From an uncultured bacterium (lineage in GTDB: Bacteria > Patescibacteriota > Gracilibacteria > UBA1369 > PNNO01): DNA of 32,000 nucleotides. The stretch is from positions 570,001 to 602,000 of the forward strand of contig OY969931.1 of NCBI GenBank assembly GCA_963704705.1, in the 5' to 3' direction. Under the pieces are notes generated by a model that saw only the letters and a program-made list of their open reading frames with translations, did not search any database and was not told the DNA's origin. The position numbers were made by a program, and so were the translations under genes. Each line of letters starts with the position of its first letter. The stretch's first letter is position 1. Below, one piece after another: positions 24,324 to 32,000 of the stretch.

Positions 24324-24665
24324 CTGATTTCTAACGCCGTAAATAACTTCTTCCGGATTATTGCCCGCGTAAGGTATTTGATCCGGATTGTATCTTTGAT
24401 CAAATCTGTTAATTATACTTTCAGCCTCAAGCTGGCCTGTTTCTGTTGGAGTAGGCTGTACCCAATCATCTTCAGGCTCAGTAGTTATATAAACAAATTT
24501 TGACTCAAAAAGATTTGAATCAAAAAATTTGTTAAATTTGTTTTGTTTTAAATATTTTTTATTTATTTTTGTTTTTCTTAAATTTATCCTTATATTTTAC
24601 CAAAATTTGCGTAAAATTACAAGTTAAGGTAGCATAATGCGCGTTAGTTTTTTAATCTTATATTC

Positions 24666-25910
24666 ATGGATGTTAATGTAAAAAAATTACCAAAGGCAGA
24701 AGTTGAGTTAGTTGTTGAGCTAAATCAAGCGGAATTTCAAAAAGATATTGATGATGCTGCCAAAGAATTATCAAAAGAAGTTAAAATTTCAGGTTTTAGA
24801 CCGGGAAATGTTCCATTCGATGTGCTTTCTCAGCATGTAGGCAAAGAAATGATTATCAATCATGCGCTTGATCACGCTATTCCGAGAATTCTTACTGAAG
24901 TTATAAAAAATGAAAAACTTGAGATTATTGCAAGGCCAAAAGTTGAAGTTTTAAGTACTGATCCTGTTAAAATTAAAGCAATAGCTCCAGTTTATCCTGA
25001 GGTTAATATTGATGGTTACGATAAAGTTAAGATTAAAGCAAAAGAAGTAAAATTGGGCGATAAAGAAGTTAATGAGGCAATTGAAAGAGTAAAAAAGCAA
25101 TTTGTTGAATGGAAGGAAGTTTTAAGAGCAATTGAAAAAGGGGATAAAGTGGAAATTGATTTTGAAGGTTTTGATGAAGGCGGAGCACCACTTGAAGGAA
25201 CCGAAAGTAAAAATCACCCTTTGATCATTGGTGAAAAAATGATGGTTGCTGGTTTTGAAGATAATTTAATCGGCATGAAAACAGGTGAAGAAAAAGATTT
25301 TGAGCTGACTTTTCCAAAGGATTATCACAAAAAGAGTTTTCAGAATAAGAAAGTTAAGTTTCATGTAAAAGTTAATAAAGTTGAAAAAGCCGAGTATCCT
25401 GAATTAAATGAAGAATTTATTGAAAAAATTACAGGAACTAAAAAACCAGTTGATGAATTCAAAAAAGACGTTGAAAGAGATTTAAAAGAATACAAAGAGC
25501 AGGAAGCAAGAAAGGATCAGGAAGAAGAACTTCTGAAAAAGTTTCTCGAAGTTTCTAAAGTTGAATTTTCAGATATTCTAGTGGATGAAGAAGTTGATTA
25601 TATGCTTAGAGACATGCGGCAAAGTATGCAGCAAAGGGGAGTGAAGTTTGAAGATTATTTAACTCACATGAAAAAAACTGAAGATGATTTAAGAGCAGAA
25701 ATGAAGAAAGAAGCAGAAAAAAGAATTACATTAAGATTTGCTCTGCACGAAATTATGAATAAGGAAAAAATCGAAGTACCTGAAGAAAAGATAAAAGAGC
25801 AAATGGAGAAAATTCCTAATCTGCCAAAAGAGCATGAATCTCAGGCTAGAGGCCAAATTACGAATTCTCTCAAAATAGAACAGTTATTTGACAGATTTAT
25901 TGTCAAATAA
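24666..25910 (+). CDS. tig: trigger factor
   Basis: The N-terminus MDVNVKKLPKAEVELVVEL...ISGFRPGNVP carries the ribosome-binding GFRxGxxP signature. A central FKBP-like region (GDKVEIDFEGF...) is followed by a long helical C-terminus. Confidence 0.9.
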   Translation: MDVNVKKLPKAEVELVVELNQAEFQKDIDDAAKELSKEVKISGFRPGNVPFDVLSQHVGKEMIINHALDHAIPRILTEVIKNEKLEIIARPKVEVLSTDPVKIKAIAPVYPEVNIDGYDKVKIKAKEVKLGDKEVNEAIERVKKQFVEWKEVLRAIEKGDKVEIDFEGFDEGGAPLEGTESKNHPLIIGEKMMVAGFEDNLIGMKTGEEKDFELTFPKDYHKKSFQNKKVKFHVKVNKVEKAEYPELNEEFIEKITGTKKPVDEFKKDVERDLKEYKEQEARKDQEEELLKKFLEVSKVEFSDILVDEEVDYMLRDMRQSMQQRGVKFEDYLTHMKKTEDDLRAEMKKEAEKRITLRFALHEIMNKEKIEVPEEKIKEQMEKIPNLPKEHESQARGQITNSLKIEQLFDRFIVK

Positions 25911-25940
25911 TATAATCATTAAAGAACTTTATCAAAAATC

Positions 25941-26189
25941 ATGAGAAATTTACGCACATTCTTTTTATCAGGTTCAATAGTACTTTTAATAATAGTACTC
26001 ATTGTTGCCTTTCAGAATATTCAGGCACAGTGTAATTTTATTACAATCTTTTTCTTTTCGATTGAAGCTAATACATCTCCCACTATAATGATTCTGGTTG
26101 TATCTTTGATTGGAATAATCACAGGAGGATTCTTAATGGGATTGATTATGAGCTTCCTTGTTAAAGATGAAGAAGAAGACTCATTTTAG
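25941..26189 (+). CDS. small two-TM membrane protein (LapA/DUF1049-like, tentative)
   Basis: 82 aa, two hydrophobic helices and an acidic tail. Confidence 0.55.
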   Translation: MRNLRTFFLSGSIVLLIIVLIVAFQNIQAQCNFITIFFFSIEANTSPTIMILVVSLIGIITGGFLMGLIMSFLVKDEEEDSF

Positions 26190-26225
26190 ATTTCTGAATA
26201 CAAATTTTATTCATGCATATTTATT

Positions 26226-26257
26226 TGTTGTATATTCTTATTTATACAACATTTTTT
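26226..26257 (+). terminator. weak AT-rich Rho-independent terminator
   Basis: Stem 26226-26234 pairs with 26243-26251 (TGTTGTATA / TATACAACA), with an 8-nt loop, followed by TTTTTT at 26252-26257. Confidence 0.4.
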
Positions 26258-26288
26258 AAATATGCCAACTGTAAATTGATAAAAAAAC

Positions 26289-26328
26289 TTGTACATAAAA
26301 TACAGTAGTGTATAAATAATGTGTACAA
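26289..26328 (+). promoter_or_regulatory. promoter TTGTAC-16-TATAAA bracketed by the inverted repeat TTGTACA / TGTACAA (possible autoregulatory operator)
   Basis: -35 at 26289-26294 and -10 at 26311-16. Inverted-repeat arms at 26289-26295 and 26322-26328. Lies upstream of the wHTH gene. Confidence 0.4.
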
Positions 26329-26361
26329 ATTTTCTAGGCTTTTTATTAAATTTAGGGCAAA

Positions 26362-26922
26362 ATGTTAAAACATTTATTTACTTCGAACACTCGAATTAAA
26401 TTACTTACGCTATTCTTACTTAACCCCGAGGAAGAGTACTTCATCAGGGAATTAACGCGTAAGCTCAACGAGCAAATTAATTCGGTAAGACGCGAGTTGG
26501 ATAACTTAAAAAAACTCGGGCTTTTAAAAAGCAAAGTTAAAAATAGAAAAAAGTATTATATAGTGAATAAAAATTTTGTAGCTTTTCATGATTTAAGAAA
26601 TATCATTATAAAAGCAATGAGCGGCAAGGATGATCTTGTTAAAAAAATTACAAAATTAGGTGAGGTTGAATTTTTGGCACTTCTTGGAATCTTTGTTGAT
26701 AAAGCTTCTCCTGTAGATTTATTAATTGTAGGAAATATTGATAAACAAAAAGTTCAGGATTTATTAAACAGCGAAATCGAAACCGAAAAACCTATAAGAT
26801 TTAGTATTTTAAGCCGTGATGATTTCCTTTATAGAATAAAGTGTAAAGATCAATTCATTCAGGGTATTTTGTATGATCCGGATAATATTATTGCCGTGAA
26901 TAAATTAGAGAAGAATATGTAA
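26362..26922 (+). CDS. winged-helix (ArsR-like) transcriptional regulator with an uncharacterised C-terminal domain
   Basis: The N-terminus TRIKLLTLFLLNPEEEYFIRELTRKLNEQINSVRRELDNLKKLGLL has the wHTH layout. Confidence 0.65.
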   Translation: MLKHLFTSNTRIKLLTLFLLNPEEEYFIRELTRKLNEQINSVRRELDNLKKLGLLKSKVKNRKKYYIVNKNFVAFHDLRNIIIKAMSGKDDLVKKITKLGEVEFLALLGIFVDKASPVDLLIVGNIDKQKVQDLLNSEIETEKPIRFSILSRDDFLYRIKCKDQFIQGILYDPDNIIAVNKLEKNM

Positions 26923-26931
26923 AGAATTCTC

Positions 26932-26960
26932 TTGATTTATAGCATATGTCAAAGTATAAT
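26932..26960 (+). promoter_or_regulatory. near-consensus sigma70 promoter TTGATT-17-TATAAT upstream of rplS
   Basis: TTGATT at 26932-26937 and TATAAT at 26955-26960, with exact 17-nt spacing. Confidence 0.6.
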
Positions 26961-26988
26961 CCATGCGCTATCTTAATAAATTTTAGAC

Positions 26989-27516
26989 ATGAATATGCAA
27001 ATAATTCAATCAGTTCAGAAGAAATTTCAAAAACAGGTTCCTATATTTAAAGCAGGAGCTACAGTTCGTGTTCACCAGAAAATCAAAGAAGGTGGAAAAG
27101 AACGTGTTCAGATTTTTGAAGGTCTTGTAATTGCTGTTAATTCAGGAAGCGGACCTGATAAAACCTTCACTGTTCGTAAAATGGTTGGGAACTTTGGTGT
27201 TGAAAAGATATTCCCGCTTTATTCTAAAAACATTACTAAAATCCAGGTTACAAAATCATCTAATGTAAGACGTTCAAAATTATATTACATGAGAAAACGT
27301 TCAGGTAAATCTGCGAGATTAAAAGAAACTCAATTAACAGAAAAAGATGTATTGATGGAACAGGTCGAAGCGCCAGCAGAGACCTCTGGCAACAACGAAG
27401 CGAGTGAAGCAGCAAGTGAAGCTGTAGCTGAAGAAACTGCAGTTGAAGAGGCTGCACCGGAAGCAGTAGAAGAAGTAGCCGAAGCTGAAGAGCCAAAAGA
27501 GAAATCTGCCGAATAA
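26989..27516 (+). CDS. rplS: 50S ribosomal protein L19 with a roughly 55-aa acidic C-terminal extension
   Basis: [31 protein letters not shown]...FTVRK...[10 protein letters not shown]...I.V...[10 protein letters not shown] is the L19 core. The tail is [49 protein letters not shown]. Confidence 0.9.
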   Translation: MNMQIIQSVQKKFQKQVPIFKAGATVRVHQKIKEGGKERVQIFEGLVIAVNSGSGPDKTFTVRKMVGNFGVEKIFPLYSKNITKIQVTKSSNVRRSKLYYMRKRSGKSARLKETQLTEKDVLMEQVEAPAETSGNNEASEAASEAVAEETAVEEAAPEAVEEVAEAEEPKEKSAE

Positions 27517-27531
27517 CATAATGTTTTAATT

Positions 27532-28143
27532 ATGAGATCCCATCCTTTGGAATTAAAGTTTGCAAAGGAGGGGATTTTTGATATAGCTGGATTAGATGAG
27601 GCAGGCAGAGGACCTTGGGCCGGGCCTTTAGTGGCTTCGGCTGTTATTTTCCCAAATAAATTCAGGATTGCGGGTATTAATGATTCAAAACAATTAACTG
27701 GGCTTCGACGTATTGTTTTGTTTGCTCAAATTATAAAAAAATGTGATGTTGGAGTCGGAATTGTGTCATCAAAATATATAGACAAACATGGATTGACAAA
27801 AGCTTTAAATATGGCATACCAAAAAGCGATCAAGAGGTTGTCTAGACAGCCAAAATATGTTCTTGTAGATGGTATTGGTAAGTATGATTTTGATATTGAT
27901 TATGAAACAATAAAAAAGGGAGATACAAAAGTTCGTGTTATTGCTGCAGCTTCGATTGTTGCAAAAGTTGTGCGAGACACAATTATGGATTCATATTCAT
28001 TAAAATATCCCAAATATGGATTTGATAAACATAAAGGTTATGGAACAAGACAACATCATCAAAATTTGCTAAAGTACGGTGTGTGCGAATTGCACAGGCA
28101 AAGTTTTGCACCAATAAAAGCTATTCAAAATGAATCAAAATAG
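27532..28143 (+). CDS. rnhB: ribonuclease HII
   Basis: IAGLDEAGRGPWAGPLVASAV (active-site DE), INDSKQL, and AASIVAKVVRD followed by GYG. Confidence 0.9.
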   Translation: MRSHPLELKFAKEGIFDIAGLDEAGRGPWAGPLVASAVIFPNKFRIAGINDSKQLTGLRRIVLFAQIIKKCDVGVGIVSSKYIDKHGLTKALNMAYQKAIKRLSRQPKYVLVDGIGKYDFDIDYETIKKGDTKVRVIAAASIVAKVVRDTIMDSYSLKYPKYGFDKHKGYGTRQHHQNLLKYGVCELHRQSFAPIKAIQNESK

Positions 28144-29185
28144 TCAAAATATAGTTGTTTGCGGCCATTATGGCTCAACAAATATTGGTGATGAGGCAAT
28201 TGGTCTTTCAATTATCCAAAGCTTAAAAAAGACCAATCCCAGTTCAAATATAATTTTTTTAAGCTATAATCCTGCAAATACTAAGCAATATTTAGGTGTA
28301 AAAAGCGAATATTTGCTTCCGCTTGGCTTTAGATCCTTATTAAAAGGCAGGTTATTTAAAACACTTAAAGTAATTAAAAACTGCGATAAGTTTATCTTAG
28401 GTGGAGGCGGGCTCTTTACTGATGAAAAATTATTTGCTGTTTTTTTATGGGGATTGCATGCTTTTTGCGCTTACAAATACAAAAAACCTGTAATTATGCT
28501 TGGCCAGAGTGTTGGTCCTTTAAATACCGGAGTAGGGAAGTGGATTATAAAGAAATGTTTTAAAAAAGCCACTGAAATTAATGTCCGGGATACTGAATCA
28601 AAGCAACTCTTAATAAATTTAGGGATAAAAAAAGAAATTAAAGTATCTCCTGATCTTGTTTTTAATTTAGAAATTACAGAAAAATCTAATGTTGAGAATT
28701 TGAATAAAAAAGTTGAACAAATGGGGTTGAAAGGTTATTTTATCGTGTCTTTGCGTCCTTGGCCAAAAAATACAAAAATTTTGTATAAAAAAATTAATCA
28801 CCTTCTGAATTCAATTGTTGAAAAATATAAGTTGCTACCTGTATTTATACCGTTCCAATCACTGCATCAAAATGACGAAGGATTGATGCACAAAATTGTT
28901 GAACAAAGCAAGGTGAAATACCCTATTTTGATACAAAAGTTTGATCAAGATATTTTTAGGGTATTATCTCTAATAAAAAATGCTGAATTTACATTGGGTA
29001 TGAGATTACATTCTTTGATTTTTTCAATTATCCAAAATGTACCAATCATTGCTTTATCATATTCTCCAAAAATAAAAAATATGCTTAAAGATCAGGGTTT
29101 ATCTGAATTTATTGTTGAACTTGATGACCCAGATAAAATATTAAGTTTGGTTGATAAAATTATGATTAAAAATAAAAATAATTAA
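28130..29185 (+). CDS. polysaccharide pyruvyl transferase family protein (CsaB-like)
   Basis: The N-terminus VVCGHYGSTNIGDEAIGLSII, then ILGGGGLFTD and MRLHSLIF, fit the PS_pyruv_trans layout. Overlaps rnhB by 14 nt. Confidence 0.75.
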   Translation: MNQNSQNIVVCGHYGSTNIGDEAIGLSIIQSLKKTNPSSNIIFLSYNPANTKQYLGVKSEYLLPLGFRSLLKGRLFKTLKVIKNCDKFILGGGGLFTDEKLFAVFLWGLHAFCAYKYKKPVIMLGQSVGPLNTGVGKWIIKKCFKKATEINVRDTESKQLLINLGIKKEIKVSPDLVFNLEITEKSNVENLNKKVEQMGLKGYFIVSLRPWPKNTKILYKKINHLLNSIVEKYKLLPVFIPFQSLHQNDEGLMHKIVEQSKVKYPILIQKFDQDIFRVLSLIKNAEFTLGMRLHSLIFSIIQNVPIIALSYSPKIKNMLKDQGLSEFIVELDDPDKILSLVDKIMIKNKNN

Positions 29186-29276
29186 ATTCAAACTTTTTTT
29201 GTAATGAAAGCCAATTTTTAAGATTTTCTTTAATAGCTGGCTTGTTATATCTATATATGTATATTAACAAAAGATG

Positions 29277-29305
29277 TTGACAAGTTAGCAAGTATATTAT
29301 ATACT
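29277..29305 (+). promoter_or_regulatory. orphan sigma70-like promoter TTGACA-17-TATACT
   Basis: TTGACA at 29277-29282 and TATACT at 29300-29305. No ORF longer than 14 codons follows. Confidence 0.5.
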
Positions 29306-29311
29306 TCTCCC

Positions 29312-29440
29312 TAATTATTCTTGGTATGATGTATAGTTTTACGCTTTTAAAAGCGCCAATTCAATACTAATGGCGTCCCGGTTATCCGGGTCTCTTTGGT
29401 GAATTGGTGACTTAAAAGCTTTGCTCGTACGCGAGGATAA
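29312..29440 (+). ncRNA. candidate small structured RNA (unassigned family) downstream of the orphan promoter
   Basis: Consecutive hairpins: CGCTTTTAAAAGCG (29342-29355), CGCCA...TGGCG (29354-58 / 29371-75), CCCGG-TTAT-CCGGG (29377-29390) and CTCG-TACG-CGAG (29424-29435). No terminator was seen and the 3-prime end is unknown. Confidence 0.3.
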
Positions 29441-29712
29441 TTATGTACTTTGACAATTAGTTGCGGATAATAACTAATAAAACAAATCTAAAAATATTTT
29501 CAAAACAACCAAGAATAACCCGGTTTTTCCGGTATATATAAACCAACCTGCCCTAAGATACTGTGAGCCTGCAAAAGAGGAAATGAAAGCGCAGTCAAAA
29601 GAAGTCAAATGGGCACAACCTTCAACCCTCAACGTCAGAAATCACAACGACAGAAGCTACAGGCTTCTTGCCACACAGCAGCCGGACTTTAAGGCCGGCA
29701 GGAGGAATCGAG

Positions 29713-30861
29713 ATGGACAGACTCAATCGTTTGGTGCTCTGTATGGGCGCCGCCTTCATGGTCTTCGTGATGGCCATTCCCATGGCCAACGCGCAGGCCG
29801 ATCCCGACAACGATCCGGTCGCGGTGTGTGACATCGCGGCGGGACCCGGTGGGCTCAGGGTATTCCCCTGGGCGCCCGGCGATAAGGAGCTGGCAGTGCG
29901 CCTCGAGTACGCGGAATTGCGTACGCTCTTTATCTACAAGGAGTGTGGGGGGAAGGACGACATCCCCGTGGTCAAGATCGAGGGGACCAATTACATCACG
30001 ACCAAAACCAGATGGGAGGACGAGAACGACCCCAAGGTCGTCTACAGCGGTCATCGGATCTTTATGCTCGCGCAGCGAAAGCGCGACATCAACAATGGCC
30101 GCGGGTTCCCGATGACGATCACGACGAGTCAGAAGACCTTCCACCTGCGGATCTTCGTCATCCCGAGCGTTTCCATGGCCGGTCAGGCCGATCGCAATGC
30201 TCGGGTCATCAACGAATGGAACAAGAGCCAGGCTTTGCTGGCCAAGCGTGTGGTCGCAAACGAGAAGCGAAGCATCAATGCCCGAAGGGCTGATGTGGAG
30301 CTCTCGCTTTACGGCTTCTTCGCCGGCGAGACTCCGGGACATCCGGGTGGTGGTATGGGCATCTCGTCCAACATCATCCTTGGCAAGTTCGCGAAGGACG
30401 TGGTGCAGCTCGGCTTGAGCCCGCACATCTCTTTCATGCGCTACCAGCTCCAGATCGAGGGGCTTCCCCCTGACGGAGCGCTGAACCGCGACATGAACTC
30501 GACTGAATGGGACTTTGGTCTCAGTTTTCTCCTTCGTATCCAGCCCTTCAAGTACTTGTACTTCGATGGGAAACTGGGCTTCTCCCTGCGTGTCGTTGAC
30601 AACAGCGACGCCATGACCTGGCAGGAGGACTACCCCACCTACCAGATCTACGGGATCAACGGCAGCACCGCCAAGATGGCGGTGCTCAACTGGAGCATCG
30701 GTATCTACTTCCCGGTAGCACGGAACTTCGCTTTCGGAGTGTCCTACATGGGCACCGTATCCCTGACGAAGCAGGCCTGTGTGCTCAGTGCAACCACTGA
30801 CCACAACATGTGCAATTCCTTCAACCACAGCGGCGCGGTCGAAATCCGCGCACGCTTCTAG
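29713..30861 (+). CDS. secreted protein, probable outer-membrane beta-barrel (GC-rich segment)
   Basis: SD GGAGG lies 7 nt before ATG 29713. Signal peptide MDRLNRLVLCMGAAFMVFVMAIPMANAQA. The C-terminal ...GAVEIRARF ends in an aromatic residue as in OMP beta-signals. The track start at 29668 is probably too far upstream. Confidence 0.6.
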   Translation: MDRLNRLVLCMGAAFMVFVMAIPMANAQADPDNDPVAVCDIAAGPGGLRVFPWAPGDKELAVRLEYAELRTLFIYKECGGKDDIPVVKIEGTNYITTKTRWEDENDPKVVYSGHRIFMLAQRKRDINNGRGFPMTITTSQKTFHLRIFVIPSVSMAGQADRNARVINEWNKSQALLAKRVVANEKRSINARRADVELSLYGFFAGETPGHPGGGMGISSNIILGKFAKDVVQLGLSPHISFMRYQLQIEGLPPDGALNRDMNSTEWDFGLSFLLRIQPFKYLYFDGKLGFSLRVVDNSDAMTWQEDYPTYQIYGINGSTAKMAVLNWSIGIYFPVARNFAFGVSYMGTVSLTKQACVLSATTDHNMCNSFNHSGAVEIRARF

Positions 30862-30886
30862 AACACGAACGAGAGGAGAAGAGACC

Positions 30887-32000
30887 ATGAAACGTAACTG
30901 TATCATGGCCCTGGCCACGGCATTGATCGTGGCCACGGGCTGCAACCCAAGCGGTCTGGAGCATCAGTGCTTCGAGGGGAGCTGCGGACAGGACAGCGGC
31001 GTCGTGGTTCAACCCGACGCCAACGTCAACAACAACAACGACGGCTCGACGGTGCACCCCGACACCGGAGTGATCGTGCCCCACTGCGGGGACAATCACT
31101 GCGATCCGGGGGAGACCGCCAACGACTGCCCTCAGGACTGCGAATCAGTCTGTGGGAACGGCGTGATCGAACCCAACGAGCAGTGCGACGACGGCAACTC
31201 CGATCCCGGCGATGGCTGCAGCCCGTCCTGCGAGGACGAGTATTGTGGCGACGGGATCATCCAGGTGGAACTGGATGAGGAGTGCGACGACGGCAACACG
31301 GCCTCCGGCGACGGCTGCGACACCAACTGTATCCTCGAGTACTGCGGCGACGGCGTGATTCAGATCACGCTGGGCGAGCAGTGCGACGACGGCAACGTCG
31401 TCTCCAACGACGGGTGCAGCGCTACCTGCCAGGTGGAGCAGCCGCTTTGCGGCAATCACACCCTGAATCCCGGCGAGGAATGCGACGACGGCAACACGGC
31501 CTCCGGCGACGGATGCAGCGCAAGCTGTATCCGTGAGTTCTGCGGCGACGGTGTGCTACAAGTCAGCCTCGGCGAGGAGTGCGATGATGGCAACATCATC
31601 AACGGAGACACCTGCAACGCCAGCTGCCAGGTCGAATTCTGCGGCGATAACATCGCTCAGGTCGGCCTCGGTGAGGAATGCGACGACGGCAACAACGTCG
31701 ACGGAGACGGGTGCGATTCCAACTGCTTGCTCGAGACGCCGACCCTTTGCGGGGACGGCAATCTCGACCTCGGTGAGCAGTGTGACGACGGCAACACGAC
31801 CCCCGGCGACGGCTGCACTGCCTTCTGTCAGCTCGAGTTCTGCGGTGACGGTGTCACCCAGATCGGCCTGGGAGAGCAGTGCGACGACGCCAACATCGTG
31901 TCCGGCGACGGCTGCAGCGCCACCTGCCAGGTGGAGAGCTGCGGCGACGGCATCATCCAGGTCGGCCTGGGAGAGCAGTGCGACGATGGGAATCTGATTC
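30887..32000 (+). CDS. lipoprotein with 10 or more Myxococcus-type cysteine-rich repeats (C-G-D/N-G-x5-7-G-E-x-C-D-D-G-N-x4-D-G-C-x3-C), truncated by the window end
   Basis: SD GAGAGGAG is followed by ATG 30887 in frame 2, which stays open to the window end and so is absent from the ORF track. Lipobox [19 protein letters not shown]. Repeats such as [33 protein letters not shown]. Confidence 0.85.
   Translation, partial: MKRNCIMALATALIVATGCNPSGLEHQCFEGSCGQDSGVVVQPDANVNNNNDGSTVHPDTGVIVPHCGDNHCDPGETANDCPQDCESVCGNGVIEPNEQCDDGNSDPGDGCSPSCEDEYCGDGIIQVELDEECDDGNTASGDGCDTNCILEYCGDGVIQITLGEQCDDGNVVSNDGCSATCQVEQPLCGNHTLNPGEECDDGNTASGDGCSASCIREFCGDGVLQVSLGEECDDGNIINGDTCNASCQVEFCGDNIAQVGLGEECDDGNNVDGDGCDSNCLLETPTLCGDGNLDLGEQCDDGNTTPGDGCTAFCQLEFCGDGVTQIGLGEQCDDANIVSGDGCSATCQVESCGDGIIQVGLGEQCDDGNLI

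Noticed and set aside
370-24503. Numerous 60-120-aa track ORFs antisense to or nested in larger genes (for example 370-669, 1345-1566, 2516-2707, 5840-6040, 6505-6756, 7428-7718, 7818-8183, 8859-9119, 9819-10022, 11678-12052, 14096-14290, 16547-16888, 19453-20081, 20940-21375, 21752-22599, 23572-24069 and 24183-24503)
   Set aside because: Each lies wholly inside a longer, better-supported ORF on the other strand or in another frame. They have F/L/I/S-rich low-complexity products typical of AT-rich antisense frames, and they lack independent start context.
1-29500. Alternative genetic code (UGA read as Gly, as in some candidate phyla) for the AT-rich organism
   Set aside because: Under the standard code the genes are long (up to 959 aa), contiguous and fill the sequence, with no same-frame ORF pairs split by TGA. 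TGA is simply rare as a stop in this AT-rich genome.
29583-31653. Large ORFs in the GC-rich segment: 29689-30945 (-, 418 aa), 29583-29831, 29828-30115, 29943-30293, 30197-30418, 30821-31099, 31132-31459 and 31456-31653
   Set aside because: These are typical shadow ORFs of high-GC DNA. They are R/A/G/P-rich with no start context, and they overlap the better-supported plus-strand genes, which have SD sites, signal peptides and recognisable repeats.
30967-31997. Plus-strand track ORFs 30967-31278, 31282-31536 and 31533-31997
   Set aside because: They are out of frame relative to the cysteine-rich repeat gene (frame 2 from 30887), whose translation gives a regular CDDGN repeat. These frames give R/Q/S/T-rich nonsense.

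Overview
The window appears to be two unrelated pieces. Positions 1 to about 29,540 are visibly AT-rich, tightly packed bacterial DNA. Stops are almost all TAA, genes lack Shine-Dalgarno motifs, and several sigma70-like TTGACA-17-TATAAT promoters are readable. From about 29,600 to the end the DNA is strongly GC-rich and carries Myxococcota-style genes with clear SD sites, so this is most likely an assembly or concatenation junction.

The AT-rich part contains:
(a) Envelope genes: a Wzy/O-antigen-ligase-like protein and an SLH-domain surface protein.
(b) A roughly 9.2-kb putative integrative element (3965-13182) inserted at the 3-prime end of tRNA-His(GTG). It carries a large serine recombinase, a filamentous-phage gpII-type rolling-circle Rep, a SpoVG-like protein, an excisionase-like HTH, a lipoprotein, a 116-nt hairpin, and a three-gene operon. 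That operon is headed by an OLD-family ATPase-Toprim nuclease with two unrecognisable partners, and is my best candidate for an undescribed defence module.
(c) An unexplained GC-rich palindrome and repeat block next to the tRNA.
(d) A secreted HEMGH zinc metallopeptidase.
(e) A 9.6-kb six-gene minus-strand operon of very large proteins with no domains I recognise (927, 123, 331, 775, 57 and 959 aa). It includes a 775-aa protein built from Gly-rich and GGGDEPPTPPPTPPTPP tandem repeats, and is the second candidate novel system.
(f) Housekeeping genes: tig, a small membrane protein, a wHTH regulator, rplS with an acidic tail, rnhB and a CsaB-like pyruvyl transferase.

All functional calls come from motifs read by eye. 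No database search was run.
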